Of a stretch of 64,000 nucleotides of DNA, positions 11,105 to 21,440 are shown piece by piece. Position numbers and translations under genes: made by a program. This DNA comes from an uncultured Pseudomonadota bacterium (GTDB lineage: Bacteria > Myxococcota_A > Bradymonadia > Bradymonadales > Bradymonadaceae). The stretch lies in the NCBI GenBank assembly GCA_913057905.1, contig CAJXPB010000007.1:57807-121806 (forward strand), in the 5' to 3' direction. The notes under the pieces are model-generated. The model saw only the letters and a list, made by a program, of their open reading frames with translations, had not been told where the DNA came from and ran no database searches. Numbering within the stretch: position 1 is the stretch's first letter; the number at the start of each line of letters is the position of its first letter.

Positions 11105-13540
11105 TCATTCCGCGACTTCTTCGCTCTCCTTGGCCTTGACCCGAAGCGTCGTCAGGTCGAAGCGCTCGGAGACGTCGGCCTCGAAGACGAGAGCCGGGAG
11201 TTCACTGACATGTTCCACAAAGTGGAATGTCATGTCCTCCTGGATGTCGTCGGAGACATCGATCAGGTCCTTTTCGTTGCGCTTCGGCAGGATCACGTGG
11301 GTGATCTCGCTGCGGTGAGCGGCCAGGACCTTCTCTTTGATTCCGCCGACGGGCAGGATGTTTCCGCGAAGCGTGATTTCGCCGGTCATCGCGATGTCGC
11401 TTCGCACCTCGAGGTCGGTGAGCAGGCTCAGAAGGGAGACGAACATCGTGATGCCGGCCGACGGCCCATCCTTGGGGATGGAGCCGGCGGGCACGTGGAT
11501 GTGGACGTCGTGGTCCTTCATGATCTGCTTTTCGATGTCGAAGGCGTCGGTGTGCGAGCGGATGTAACTGAGCGCAGCGCGTACCGACTCCTTCATGACG
11601 TCGCCGAGTTGACCCGTCAGGACCAACTCGCCCTTTCCGGGCATGCGGGTCGACTCGATGAACAGGAGCTCCCCGCCGGCGGCCGTCCAGGCGAGCCCGG
11701 TGGAAACGCCCGGTTGGGCAGTGCGTTCGGCGACCTCGCGCTGGAACTTCACCGGTCCGAGGTAGTCGATGAGGTCCTCATTATCGCAGGTCAATGCCAT
11801 GTCATCGCGCTCTTCGGGCTCGGCCTCGGCGACCTTCACCGCCACGCCGCGACAGACGTCCGCGATGCGACGTTCCAGATTTCGGACGCCCGCCTCACGC
11901 GTGTAATTACGGATGATTCCATCCAGCGCATCGTCGGTGATCTCGAGTTGGCCATCCTGAAGGCCATTCTCTTCGCGCTGTTTGGGAATCAGGTAGTCCC
12001 GGGCGATGTGACGCTTGTCGTAGACCGTGTAACCGGGGATCTCGATGACATCCATTCGGTCGCGTAACGGCGCCGAAATCGGGTCCAGGAGGTTCCCCGT
12101 CGCGATGAACAGGACATTCGACAGATCGACGGGAATCTCGACGTAGTGGTCCGAGAACGTGTCGTTTTGTTCCGGGTCCAGGACTTCGAGCAACGCCGAC
12201 GACGGGTCGCCACGGAAATCCTGGCCGACCTTGTCGATCTCGTCGAGCATGAAGACGGGGTTGTTGGTACCCGCCTTCCGAAGTCCCTGGACGATGCGGC
12301 CCGGCAGTGCACCGACGTAGGTGCGACGGTGGCCGCGGATCTCGGATTCGTCGTGGATGCCGCCCAGACTGACACGGACGAATTCGCGCCCCAGGGCACG
12401 GGCCACGCTCCGTCCGAGACTCGTCTTTCCGACGCCCGGAGGCCCGATCAGACACAGGATCGGCCCGCGCATGTCTTCCTTGAGCTGTCGGACGGCCAGA
12501 AACTCGATGATGCGCTCTTTGACCTTCTCGAGGTCGTAGTGATCCTCGTCGAGGATTTCACGCGCCCGGTCGATGTCGAGCTTGTCTTCGGTCTGCTCGT
12601 TCCAGGGGATGTCGACCAGGGTCTCGACGTAGGTGCGGGTCACACCGTATTCGCTGGAGGCCGGCTGCATGCGTCGCAACCTCGAGAGCTGCTTTTTGCA
12701 GGTCTCTTCGACCTCTTCGGGCAGGTCCGCCTCCTCGACCTTGTCGGCGAGATCGTCGAGATCACCGCCCTCGCCTTCCAACTCGCCGAGCTGCTCTTTG
12801 ATCGCCTTGAGCTGCTGGCGCAGGTAGTATTCCCGCTGGTTCTTATCGATCTCTTCTTTGATCTGATTCTGGATCTTGTCGCTGACACGCAGCACTTCGA
12901 GCTGGCGGGCCAGCATCGTCACCACGGTCTCCAGGCGATCCTTGAGCTCGAGGGTCGTCAGGATCTCCTGTTTTTCTTCGGTCTCGATGTCCATGTTCGC
13001 GGCGACAAAGTCACACAGTTGGCCGGGGTCGGTGACCCCTTCGACCATCTGGGTCGCCTCTTTGGGCATCTCGGGGATGAATTTGACCACCTGCTTGGCG
13101 GTGCTCTTCAGATTCATGAAGAGCGCTTCGATCTCGACTTCATCCTCCGAGGAGACATCCTCTTCGGGCTCCAGCACCTCGAAGTCCCCTTCGAAATAAG
13201 GAGTCTCCTGATGCATCTCCTGGAGCTTGATCCGTTTTTGCCCCTGAATGATGACGCTGTAATTATCCTCGGCGATCTTCACGACCTTCAACACGCGCGC
13301 CAGCGTGCCGACGGTGTACATATCGTCGACCGTCGGGTCGTCGATGTCGGCGTCGCGCTGGGTGAGGATCGCGATCGGGCGGTCTTCGGACTCCGCCTCG
13401 CGGATGAGTTCCACACTCTTGGGTCGCCCAACGGCAATCGGGACGACGACCTGCGGAAACAACACCGTGTTGCGCAGGGGCAACACCGGCAACGTTTGAT
13501 GACCGCTCAGGTCTAGGATCTCGTCTTCGTAGTCTGCCAT
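11105..13540 (-). CDS. lon: ATP-dependent Lon protease
   Basis: 811 aa. Lon N-domain, Walker A GPPGVGKTSLG, and the catalytic serine motif PKDGPSAGITM. Confidence 0.97.
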   Translation of the reverse strand: MADYEDEILDLSGHQTLPVLPLRNTVLFPQVVVPIAVGRPKSVELIREAESEDRPIAILTQRDADIDDPTVDDMYTVGTLARVLKVVKIAEDNYSVIIQGQKRIKLQEMHQETPYFEGDFEVLEPEEDVSSEDEVEIEALFMNLKSTAKQVVKFIPEMPKEATQMVEGVTDPGQLCDFVAANMDIETEEKQEILTTLELKDRLETVVTMLARQLEVLRVSDKIQNQIKEEIDKNQREYYLRQQLKAIKEQLGELEGEGGDLDDLADKVEEADLPEEVEETCKKQLSRLRRMQPASSEYGVTRTYVETLVDIPWNEQTEDKLDIDRAREILDEDHYDLEKVKERIIEFLAVRQLKEDMRGPILCLIGPPGVGKTSLGRSVARALGREFVRVSLGGIHDESEIRGHRRTYVGALPGRIVQGLRKAGTNNPVFMLDEIDKVGQDFRGDPSSALLEVLDPEQNDTFSDHYVEIPVDLSNVLFIATGNLLDPISAPLRDRMDVIEIPGYTVYDKRHIARDYLIPKQREENGLQDGQLEITDDALDGIIRNYTREAGVRNLERRIADVCRGVAVKVAEAEPEERDDMALTCDNEDLIDYLGPVKFQREVAERTAQPGVSTGLAWTAAGGELLFIESTRMPGKGELVLTGQLGDVMKESVRAALSYIRSHTDAFDIEKQIMKDHDVHIHVPAGSIPKDGPSAGITMFVSLLSLLTDLEVRSDIAMTGEITLRGNILPVGGIKEKVLAAHRSEITHVILPKRNEKDLIDVSDDIQEDMTFHFVEHVSELPALVFEADVSERFDLTTLRVKAKESEEVAE

Positions 13541-13843
13541 AAATGATTCCCGTCAACTGAAAATGGTCGGGCTGGACGAGTCGACGTGGCGCACGTCGCA
13601 GGTACCGATCCGACGTCCGCGCGACGATTCCAGCCGTTCGAGCAAGCCTTTCGTATGTCCGTTTGGGTTTGGTGGCAAATGCATCAATTGCCAACGGAAC
13701 AAACATTGGAACGAATGAGCCGCCGACAAGGTTTTGTCTTCAAAAGTCTCGCGTGGGCCTCCCGGTTCGTTGCTACACCGGCGCCTGCACGCTACGGTAC
13801 CGAGGCGGCGATTCGTCCCCCGAGACCCTCCGAGTCATCGTCG

Positions 13844-14749
13844 ATGAATGACCACGACAACGGACTCCTCAGCCGTCTGCAGGGCTGGGCCTCACAGACC
13901 GCCAGCTCCATTCAGGATCGAGCACGCGAAGCGGTCGGCGAGCAGATCCGCCGCCGCATCACCCGTCACATGGAGGAGCTATCGGAGCGACTGGCAGAAC
14001 CGGAAAACGTCGAGGCTCTGCAGTCCTCGCTGCGACGATTCGCGAATCTATCGTACACGCTCGGGTTTGCCTTCGACCCGCAGGCTCGCCAGCTCTTCGA
14101 ATTTCTGGACTGGGCCGAGTCTCGCTGGGGCCGCCAGCGCGTCCTGCTGGCGATCCAGGAACACAACCCTTTGACGACCGATGAATTCATCGAGTTCTTC
14201 GATCAGGTCCTGCAGAATCCGACGGCCGAACCGGACCCCGCCGTCGTCGAAGCCTTCGAGACGGTCGGCCGAAGAGAACTCCTCTCGCTGCTGGTCTTAC
14301 TCGGATACCCGGAGGGCGGAGCGACGGTCTGGGACGAAACCGAGGGTCCTCCGCCGCTGGATCGGCTCGTCGAGGCCTTCGAGACCTCCGACGCCCCGTT
14401 TCGATTCCAGGACCTCGGCCGCCGAGCACGGGGCAACGCACAGAAGCACTCGCCGGACTCTCGCGAAGCCGCGAACCGCCAGAAGACCCATCGAACTCAA
14501 GACCCGGAAGAGAGCCTTCTCGGCTCGCAGATGCGTCAGCTCGTACGCCGCTCCGAGAGTGCCATCGGCCAGACCGTCAGCCGTATGCTCGATGCTGACG
14601 TTCGATTCGTGACCGTCAGTTTCGTGATGGCCGTACAGGCCTACTTCACTCGCCTGGCCATCGATACCCTTCCCGAGGTCGTCGCCAACGATCGCCAGAG
14701 GCCGGACGACACCGATCGGTCCGACGACTCGGATGTCGTCGACGTGTAG
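13844..14749 (+). CDS. hypothetical protein (no family recognised)
   Basis: The ORF is open from 13586. Codons in 13586..13843 are rich in A/T third positions (caa, ttt, gtt, cat, aaa...), unlike the GC3-rich body. I therefore start at the ATG at 13844 (MNDHDNGLLSRLQGW...). Confidence 0.6.
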   Translation: MNDHDNGLLSRLQGWASQTASSIQDRAREAVGEQIRRRITRHMEELSERLAEPENVEALQSSLRRFANLSYTLGFAFDPQARQLFEFLDWAESRWGRQRVLLAIQEHNPLTTDEFIEFFDQVLQNPTAEPDPAVVEAFETVGRRELLSLLVLLGYPEGGATVWDETEGPPPLDRLVEAFETSDAPFRFQDLGRRARGNAQKHSPDSREAANRQKTHRTQDPEESLLGSQMRQLVRRSESAIGQTVSRMLDADVRFVTVSFVMAVQAYFTRLAIDTLPEVVANDRQRPDDTDRSDDSDVVDV

Positions 14750-14764
14750 AGTCGTTCGACGCGC

Positions 14765-14902
14765 TTACCCGAAGGCGTATCGGACGACGATCACCCCGAT
14801 GACGAGCAGCGCCATGATGGCGACGACAGCGTACAGAAACCGCCGCCCCTGCGCAGTCGATTCGCTGTCATCCTTTTTCTTCTTTCGGCGTCGCCGGGCC
14901 AT
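14765..14902 (-). CDS. small (45 aa) putative membrane protein, absent from the ORF track
   Basis: Own translation: MARRRRKKKKDDSESTAQGRRFLYAVVAIMALLVIGVIVVRYAFG*. It has a basic N-terminus followed by one hydrophobic helix. There is no homology evidence. Confidence 0.35.
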   Translation of the reverse strand: MARRRRKKKKDDSESTAQGRRFLYAVVAIMALLVIGVIVVRYAFG

Positions 14903-15067
14903 AGATTCCCTCTCAGTGTCCACTTGCAGACGAATGACCATGCCGCACTATAGCGAAGACCGGCTCGAACCCGCAACATGCGCGTTCGAAGCTTGACGCC
15001 TCGCCGGCAGTCGCCCAGTTCGACACGGGCGTTCCATCTCCTCACCCTACAGACCCGTTTCGACACC

Positions 15068-16039
15068 ATGAAAGCCATTCAGGTCCAAGACGACGATGCC
15101 TACAGCCTCAACTGGGAGACCGCGCCCGATCCCGAATTCGACGACGACGAGGTGCTGATCGAGGTCAAAGCCACGGCCGTCAACCGAGCCGACCTTCTGC
15201 AGCGCCGCGGGAATTACCCGCCGCCCGAGGGGGCGTCTCCGATTCTCGGGCTCGAGGCAGCCGGCGAAGTGGCCGAGGTCGGCGCCGAGGTCGACGACTG
15301 GGAGCCGGGAGACCGCGTCTGCGCGCTGCTTCCCGGCGGCGGCTATGCCGAATACGCGTCGATCCCGGCGGACTTGTTGCTCGAGCTGCCCGATTCGATG
15401 TCCTTTCAAGAGGCCGCGGCCATCCCGGAGGTCTTTCTGACGGCGTATCTCAACGTCTTTTTGGAGGCCGAACAGACCGCCGGAGAGCAGGTTTTGCTGC
15501 ACGCCGGGGCCTCCGGCGTCGGCACCGCCGCCATCCAGCTCTGTCACCTCTTCGACTCGCCGGTGTATGCGACCGCCAGCGCCCCCAAGCTCGATTTCCT
15601 GGAAGAGATGGGCGTCGAGGCGGCCATCGACCGCAAAAACGACGACTTCGGCGAAAGAATCCCCGAGCTGACCGACGGCCGCGGGGTCGACATCATTCTC
15701 GACCCCGTCGGTGGCGGGTACATCGAGCGCGACATCGACGTCCTGGCCGACCAGGGCCGAATCGTCTTCATCGGAACCCTCGGAGGCAGCCGTGATACAC
15801 TGCCGATCAAAAAACTGATGATCGGCCGAAAACGTCTCATCGGCTCGGTGCTGCGCAGCCGATCGACCGAAGAGAAGATCGAACTGACGGCTGCGTTCCG
15901 TCAGAATGTCTGGCCCGCCTTCGCCGACGGGACGCTCGAACCGATCATCCACGAGACGTTTCCCGTCAGCCAGGCCCAGAAGGCCCATGACCTCCTCCAC
16001 TCAAACGACACCATTGGAAAGGTCGTGCTGACGGTGTGA
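15068..16039 (+). CDS. NAD(P)H:quinone oxidoreductase (zinc-independent MDR family)
   Basis: ORF 14978..16039 trimmed to MKAIQVQDDD... (ATG at 15068). Nucleotide-binding motif HAGASGVGTAAIQL. The overall pattern is Qor/PIG3-like. Confidence 0.88.
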   Translation: MKAIQVQDDDAYSLNWETAPDPEFDDDEVLIEVKATAVNRADLLQRRGNYPPPEGASPILGLEAAGEVAEVGAEVDDWEPGDRVCALLPGGGYAEYASIPADLLLELPDSMSFQEAAAIPEVFLTAYLNVFLEAEQTAGEQVLLHAGASGVGTAAIQLCHLFDSPVYATASAPKLDFLEEMGVEAAIDRKNDDFGERIPELTDGRGVDIILDPVGGGYIERDIDVLADQGRIVFIGTLGGSRDTLPIKKLMIGRKRLIGSVLRSRSTEEKIELTAAFRQNVWPAFADGTLEPIIHETFPVSQAQKAHDLLHSNDTIGKVVLTV

Positions 16040-16129
16040 ACGCTGGAAACCTGCGCGCGTGTATGGCATACAATCGCGGGAAACGAACACCTTCTCCGCA
16101 GCGACATTGACCTTCAGGAGTACTGATCG

Positions 16130-16984
16130 ATGAGTGACATTGAAACGATAGGCGTGGTCGGCGCCGGACAGATGGGTTCCGGCATCGCCCAGGTTGCAGC
16201 TCAGGCCGAGTTCGACGTCATCCTCTCCGATATCGAAGAGGATGCCCTCGACGAGGGGCTCTCCACGATCCGTGGGAGCCTGGACAAATTCGTCGAGCGC
16301 GAGAAACTCTCAGCCGACGAGCGCGACGCGACCCTCGATCGGATTGAAACGACGACCGAACTGTCGGATCACGCGGCCGCCGATCTGGTCATAGAAGCTG
16401 TCGTCGAAAACGAGGACGTCAAAAAAGACATCTTCGAGACACTCGATGCGCACGTCGACGACTCGACGATCCTCGCCTCGAACACCTCGAGCATCTCGAT
16501 CACCAGCCTCGGTTCGGTCGTCTCACGGCCGGATCGGTTCATCGGCATGCATTTCATGAACCCGGTGCCGCTGATGAGCCTGGTCGAAATCATCCGTAGT
16601 CTGGCGACCTCCGATGAGACGCTCGAGACCGTCGAATCGGTCGCCCAGAAGATGGGTAAAGAAGTCGTCGAGGCCTCCGACTACCCCGGATTCATCGTCA
16701 ACCGAATTCTGATGCCGATGATCAATGAAGCGGCATACGCGCTGATGGAGGGTGTGGCCAGCGCCGAGGACATCGACGACGCCATGGAACTGGGGACCAA
16801 TCAGCCGATGGGCCCTCTGACCCTGGCCGATTTCATCGGCCTCGATACCTGTCTGTCGATTCTCGAGGTCCTGCACGATGACCTCGGCGACCCCAAATAC
16901 CGCCCCTGCCCGCTGCTTCGGAAGCACGTCGAGGCCGGCTGGCTGGGTAAAAAGACCGCACAGGGCTTCTACGACTACAACTGA
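16130..16984 (+). CDS. 3-hydroxybutyryl-CoA (3-hydroxyacyl-CoA) dehydrogenase
   Basis: 284 aa. Rossmann motif [16 protein letters not shown], plus the [15 protein letters not shown] block. Confidence 0.93.
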   Translation: MSDIETIGVVGAGQMGSGIAQVAAQAEFDVILSDIEEDALDEGLSTIRGSLDKFVEREKLSADERDATLDRIETTTELSDHAAADLVIEAVVENEDVKKDIFETLDAHVDDSTILASNTSSISITSLGSVVSRPDRFIGMHFMNPVPLMSLVEIIRSLATSDETLETVESVAQKMGKEVVEASDYPGFIVNRILMPMINEAAYALMEGVASAEDIDDAMELGTNQPMGPLTLADFIGLDTCLSILEVLHDDLGDPKYRPCPLLRKHVEAGWLGKKTAQGFYDYN

Positions 16985-17029
16985 CCGCGCCCGCTCGAGC
17001 TGTGAATCTACCTGGAGCCTCCAAAGACC

Positions 17030-17812
17030 ATGAGCGACTACCAGACGATCGAAGTCACCCACGACGGACCGCGCTCGACCATACAGGTGCAGCGGCCCGA
17101 CAAACTCAACGCCCTCAACACCACCGTGCTCGAAGAACTCGAGGCGGCGGCGCTGGATCTTCAGACTCGTGACGGCCTTCGGGTCGTCGTCGTCGAGGGC
17201 GAAGGGCGAGCCTTTGTCGCCGGGGCGGACATCGCGTCGATGGCCGAGATGTCGGCCGAACAAGGCCGCGCGTTTCTTCGCCAGGGCCACGACACGATGA
17301 ACGCCATCGAGTCGATCCCCGTCCCGACCGTCGCCGCCGTCGACGGATTCGCCCTGGGAGGCGGCCTGGAGCTCGCCATCGCCTGCGACCTGATCGTCGC
17401 CTCCGACCGTGCAGCCTTCGGCGCCCCGGAGGTCAAGCTCGGCATCATTCCCGGCTTTGGCGGAACCCAGCGACTGAGGCGGATGATCGGCGCTCACCGC
17501 GCCCGTCACCTCGTCTTTACCGGCGAACGAATCGATGCGGAGACGGCCGCCGACTATGGGCTGGTCCTCGAGGTTGTCGACGCCGATGACTTCAGCGGGC
17601 ACATCGATTCCCTGGCGAGCTCGATCGAGTCGCGCGGCCCCCTCGCCTTGAAGGCCGCAAAACGAGTCATGCACCAGGGTCAAGATCTCGACCTCGACGA
17701 AGGCCTCTCGGCCGAAAGACAGGCGTTTGCAGACCTCTTCGAGACCGAGGATCGTCTCAAAGGTATGGAGGCGTTCCTGGACCGTCGAGACCCGAACTTC
17801 AACGGCGAATGA
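17030..17812 (+). CDS. enoyl-CoA hydratase (crotonase family)
   Basis: 260 aa. Oxyanion-hole segments FVAGADI and GGGLELAIACD. Confidence 0.93.
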   Translation: MSDYQTIEVTHDGPRSTIQVQRPDKLNALNTTVLEELEAAALDLQTRDGLRVVVVEGEGRAFVAGADIASMAEMSAEQGRAFLRQGHDTMNAIESIPVPTVAAVDGFALGGGLELAIACDLIVASDRAAFGAPEVKLGIIPGFGGTQRLRRMIGAHRARHLVFTGERIDAETAADYGLVLEVVDADDFSGHIDSLASSIESRGPLALKAAKRVMHQGQDLDLDEGLSAERQAFADLFETEDRLKGMEAFLDRRDPNFNGE

Positions 17813-17827
17813 CACCGGATTGAACCC

Positions 17828-18277
17828 ATGAGCGAGACACAGACTAAACAATCCGACGCCTCGCCCCCGGAGACGACCCACCGCGTTTTGATCGGCAAGG
17901 TGGGTCTCGATGGGCACGATCGAGGTGCCAAGGTCATCGCTCGAGCACTCCGCGACGCAGGTTTTGAGGTCATCTATACCGGCCTGCATCAGACGCCGGA
18001 GGCCGTCGCCGCCACCGCCGTCCAGGAGGATGTCGACGGGGTCGGCATCTCGATCCTCTCGGGTGCTCACAACACACTGGTCCCCGAGATCATCGAAGCT
18101 CTGGAGGAACGAGGCGCGGACGACATCTTCGTCTTCGCCGGCGGCATCATTCCCGAAGACGACATCGCGACACTCAAGGATCAGGGCGTGCGAGCGGTCT
18201 TTACCCCGGGCACGCCGACCCGCGAAGTGATCGATTTCGTCCGGGATGCCTGCCGCGAACAGGCAGACAACCGATAA
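17828..18277 (+). CDS. stand-alone cobalamin-binding domain protein (acyl-CoA mutase small subunit)
   Basis: 149 aa. [34 protein letters not shown] carries the DxHxxG B12-binding motif found in methylmalonyl/isobutyryl-CoA mutase C-terminal domains. Confidence 0.9.
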   Translation: MSETQTKQSDASPPETTHRVLIGKVGLDGHDRGAKVIARALRDAGFEVIYTGLHQTPEAVAATAVQEDVDGVGISILSGAHNTLVPEIIEALEERGADDIFVFAGGIIPEDDIATLKDQGVRAVFTPGTPTREVIDFVRDACREQADNR

Positions 18278-18301
18278 CTCCCTCGCCATCACGGAACACC
18301 C

Positions 18302-19453
18302 ATGGAATTCGAACTCGATGAACAACAGAAACTGATCCGAAACACCGTTCGGGACTTTGCCAAGACCCACATCAAGCCCCATGCCGAGGAGTGGGACGAA
18401 AAAGAGGAGTTCCCCCGGGAGCTCTTCTCGAAACTCGGCGACCTGGGCATCATGGGCGTCACCATCCCCGAGAAATACGGTGGAGCCGGTCTCGACTACG
18501 TCTCCTACGCTATCGCCATCGAGGAGCTCGCTCGATACGACGGGTCCGCGGCCCTCACGGTTGCCAGCCACAATTCCCTTGGTTCCGGGCATATCTATCT
18601 GGCCGGCAACGAGGCACAGAAAGAAAAATACCTGCCGAAGTTGGCCCGTGGCGAAGAGTTGGCCGCCTGGGGATTGACCGAGCCAGGCAGCGGTTCCGAT
18701 GCCTCGGGTATGTTGACCAAGGCCGAACGCAACGGCGACTCCTGGATCATCAACGGGGCGAAGACCTTCATTACCCAGGGAAGTGCCGGCGAAGTCGCGG
18801 TGATTCTCGCCTCCACGAGCCCGGAAAAGAGACAAAAGGGCATCACCGCGTTTATTCTCGAAAAGGACATGCCCGGCTACTCGGTGAGCCGAAAGATCCG
18901 CAAGATGGGAATGCGGGCCTCCGATACCGTCGAACTGCGGTTCGACGATGTCGAGGTTCCCGATGAAAATCGACTCGGCGAGGTCGACCGAGGCTTCATC
19001 GACACCCTCAAGATCCTCGATCGCGGCCGCATCAGCATTGCCGCCATGAGTGTCGGACTCGCCCGTGGAGCTCTCGAAGAGTCCATCGATTACGCCCAGG
19101 AGCGTGAACAGTTCGGCAACCCCATCTCGGACTTTCAGGCCATCAAGTTCAAGTTGGCCGACATGGCCACCGAGATCGACGCGGCCCGGCTGCTGACGAT
19201 GCGCGCCGCGACCATGGCGGACCGATCCAAAGAGACGGGACGCCGGTTCACGAAAGAATCGGCCATGGCCAAGCTGTACGCCTCGGAGGCCGCCATGCGG
19301 GCCACCGAAGAAGGCATCCAGATTCACGGCGGCTACGGGTACACCCGCGAGTATCCCGTCGAGCGGTACTTCCGTGACGCCAAGCTCGGTACCATCGGAG
19401 AAGGCACCAGCGAGATTCAGCGCCTGGTCATCGCCCGACAGCTCCTGGATTAG
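18302..19453 (+). CDS. acyl-CoA dehydrogenase (short-chain/butyryl type)
   Basis: 383 aa. C-terminal block [34 protein letters not shown]. Confidence 0.95.
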   Translation: MEFELDEQQKLIRNTVRDFAKTHIKPHAEEWDEKEEFPRELFSKLGDLGIMGVTIPEKYGGAGLDYVSYAIAIEELARYDGSAALTVASHNSLGSGHIYLAGNEAQKEKYLPKLARGEELAAWGLTEPGSGSDASGMLTKAERNGDSWIINGAKTFITQGSAGEVAVILASTSPEKRQKGITAFILEKDMPGYSVSRKIRKMGMRASDTVELRFDDVEVPDENRLGEVDRGFIDTLKILDRGRISIAAMSVGLARGALEESIDYAQEREQFGNPISDFQAIKFKLADMATEIDAARLLTMRAATMADRSKETGRRFTKESAMAKLYASEAAMRATEEGIQIHGGYGYTREYPVERYFRDAKLGTIGEGTSEIQRLVIARQLLD

Positions 19454-19455
19454 CC

Positions 19456-20403
19456 GTGAGCACAACCCTGGCTGCCGACATACTCGACGGCGACGTTCGT
19501 TCGGCGAGCCGACTCATGCGTTGGCTCGACGACGGACGTCCCGAGGCTAGAGCCGAACTCGATGCGCTCTATCCCCACACCGGCAATGCGTACTTTATCG
19601 GCATCACCGGTCACCCGGGATCCGGCAAGTCCACCCTCGTCGATGCGTTCATCCGCCTGTGCCGGGAACGTGACCTGACCGTCGCCTGTATCGCCGTCGA
19701 TCCCTCGAGCCCCTTCTCGGGCGGGGCCATTCTCGGGGATCGCGTACGCATGAATCGACACGCCCTGGATGACGGCGTCTTCATCCGCTCCGTCGCCACC
19801 CGGGGCAATCTCGGCGGCCTCTCCCGCTCGACCCCGGCGTCCGTCCAGGTCATGGATGCCATGGGGTTCGACATCGTCCTGATCGAGACCGTCGGCGTCG
19901 GACAGGACGAGATAGACATCGTACGACTCGCCGACACGAATGTCGTCGTCATGGTTCCCGGCCTCGGTGACGATATCCAGGCGACCAAAGCGGGCGTCAT
20001 GGAGATCGCCGACATCTTTGCGGTCAACAAGTCCGACCTCGACGGGGCCGACCGCGTCGTCCGCGAAATCAAGACGATGCTGTCGATGAATGAGTCGGCC
20101 GACGACGAGGACGCCTGGATTCCCTCGGTGCTCAAGACCGTGGCAACCCACCAAGAGGGCCTTGAGCCCCTCTTCGAAGCCGTCGAAGCCCATCGGGACT
20201 GGCTTCAAGCACACCGGTCGGACCGAGATCGAGATCGACAGCGCATCGAACAACTCGTACGACTCGTCATCTCCGGAGAGTTCGACGCCCGGATCGGCCG
20301 ACTTCTCGGGACCGATACCTGGAAGAGCCACCTGGAGGCCGTTCTCGACCGAACCGAGACGCCGTACGAAGCGGCCGACGCCCTCTTCGACGAAATCTTC
20401 TAA
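19456..20403 (+). CDS. meaB: mutase-associated G-protein chaperone MeaB/ArgK
   Basis: 315 aa with a GTG start. Walker A GHPGSGKST, switch region IETVGVGQ, and NKxD as VNKSDL. Confidence 0.92.
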   Translation: MSTTLAADILDGDVRSASRLMRWLDDGRPEARAELDALYPHTGNAYFIGITGHPGSGKSTLVDAFIRLCRERDLTVACIAVDPSSPFSGGAILGDRVRMNRHALDDGVFIRSVATRGNLGGLSRSTPASVQVMDAMGFDIVLIETVGVGQDEIDIVRLADTNVVVMVPGLGDDIQATKAGVMEIADIFAVNKSDLDGADRVVREIKTMLSMNESADDEDAWIPSVLKTVATHQEGLEPLFEAVEAHRDWLQAHRSDRDRDRQRIEQLVRLVISGEFDARIGRLLGTDTWKSHLEAVLDRTETPYEAADALFDEIF

Positions 20404-20441
20404 AAAAAAACCCCGGCTGGTTCTCCCAGCCGGGGCTTCTT
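20402..20441. terminator. bidirectional intrinsic terminator (meaB / lipoprotein L1)
   Basis: Perfect 10-bp stem CCCCGGCTGG / CCAGCCGGGG (20411..20420 and 20426..20435) with a 5-nt loop. Preceded by an A9 run, which reads as U9 for the minus-strand gene, and followed by CTTCTT. Confidence 0.7.
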
Positions 20442-20471
20442 GCTGCTGTGATCTGTCGTCATCCGCCGGAT

Positions 20472-21416
20472 TCAAAATCCGGGAGACAACGTCGAGTCGA
20501 CCGCCGGTCGGTGAGCCTCCACTTGGATGTCCTGAGACAATGACGAGGGGCCGAGGCCCTTTTCGTCGATCGTGTTGGTTACGTCGATGGTCTGGACGTC
20601 ATCCTCCCCGGGCTTTACGGAGGGCTCTTCCTCCTGCTCCGAATCTTCGGCCTCGACGACGGCGTCGCTGATCGGCTCGATGAGGTCCATGCCCCAGTCT
20701 CCGATATCGACCTCGACTTCCAGCGACTGCTGGCCCTCCTCGAGGTTCACCTGGTCCAAGGTCAACAGCAGGGGCACGTCACTGGCGTAGGTAAAGGGCG
20801 TCCAGTCGCTGGCCGCCATCAAATCATCTTCCGACATCTCCTCGTACTGCGTCTCGGGCTGCATCGGATGAGGAATAGGATCACCATCTTCTGCACTCCC
20901 ATCAGCACTGGACGACCAGGACTCGGCCGCCTGACTGTTGATAAATCCGTCGAGCTGGAAGGAATAAGGATAACTGCTCGGCGGCGACTCGCCGGAATCC
21001 GAGGAACCGGTATCCATCGCCGATGCTCCGAACTCCCCGGAAATTGGCTCGAGTCGAAGCGTCACATCAAAGGTCCCCGACTCCGGCAGCTCAAAGGAAG
21101 AGGCGTCGACGTACCGTTCGCCTTGTTTGACGTCGACGTCAACTGTTATCGGCTCCGCATTCGTATAAGCGATGCGGCGGCCGTCCTCCTCGACGGGATC
21201 CAGGCGAATCTCGGAGACGGTGAACCCGAGATCAGTAACCGTGAAACCCGACGGCAGTTTGTCGAAGCCGGTCAGATGAAAGGTCGGCTGGACCTCGACC
21301 GGCTCCGAATCCGTCCGCGATGGATTCCCGTCCCCCGGGAGCGTCTCCGCACAGCCCGCGGCCATCAAGGCCACGAGACTGACGGCAGTGAGTATGTCTC
21401 TATATAGTCGGTGCAC
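20472..21416 (-). CDS. acidic lipoprotein L1, unknown family (paralog of 25429..26253)
   Basis: 314 aa, GTG start with GAGGA 5 nt upstream. Signal peptide plus lipobox LMAAGC. Shares LRLEP, F.LDG.I, PIP.P, D.(G/N)DW...LI(E/D)PI and QT(I/V)DVT.T.D blocks with L2. Starts 24 nt after the stop of the bEBP gene. Confidence 0.75.
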   Translation of the reverse strand: MHRLYRDILTAVSLVALMAAGCAETLPGDGNPSRTDSEPVEVQPTFHLTGFDKLPSGFTVTDLGFTVSEIRLDPVEEDGRRIAYTNAEPITVDVDVKQGERYVDASSFELPESGTFDVTLRLEPISGEFGASAMDTGSSDSGESPPSSYPYSFQLDGFINSQAAESWSSSADGSAEDGDPIPHPMQPETQYEEMSEDDLMAASDWTPFTYASDVPLLLTLDQVNLEEGQQSLEVEVDIGDWGMDLIEPISDAVVEAEDSEQEEEPSVKPGEDDVQTIDVTNTIDEKGLGPSSLSQDIQVEAHRPAVDSTLSPGF

Positions 21417-21440
21417 GGGTGTCCTCGCCGTGTGCTTCGA

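Noticed and set aside
13586-13843. N-terminal 86-codon extension of the hypothetical protein ORF. Similar upstream extensions occur in the ORF-track entries for purA, dprA, serS, ruvX, the PPIase, qor, and the 38542 and 40519 lipoproteins.
   Set aside because: The extensions have atypical A/T-ending codons or Arg/Pro-rich junk sequence. They precede the canonical family N-termini or signal peptides, and they sometimes overlap neighbouring genes. I chose internal starts instead.
16523-19465. 980-aa ORF on the minus strand
   Set aside because: It runs antisense across four independently recognisable + strand genes (hbd 3' end, crt, the B12 subunit, acd). Its translation is Arg/Gly/Asp/Ala-rich low-complexity sequence with no motifs. 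This is a typical stop-free shadow frame in high-GC DNA.
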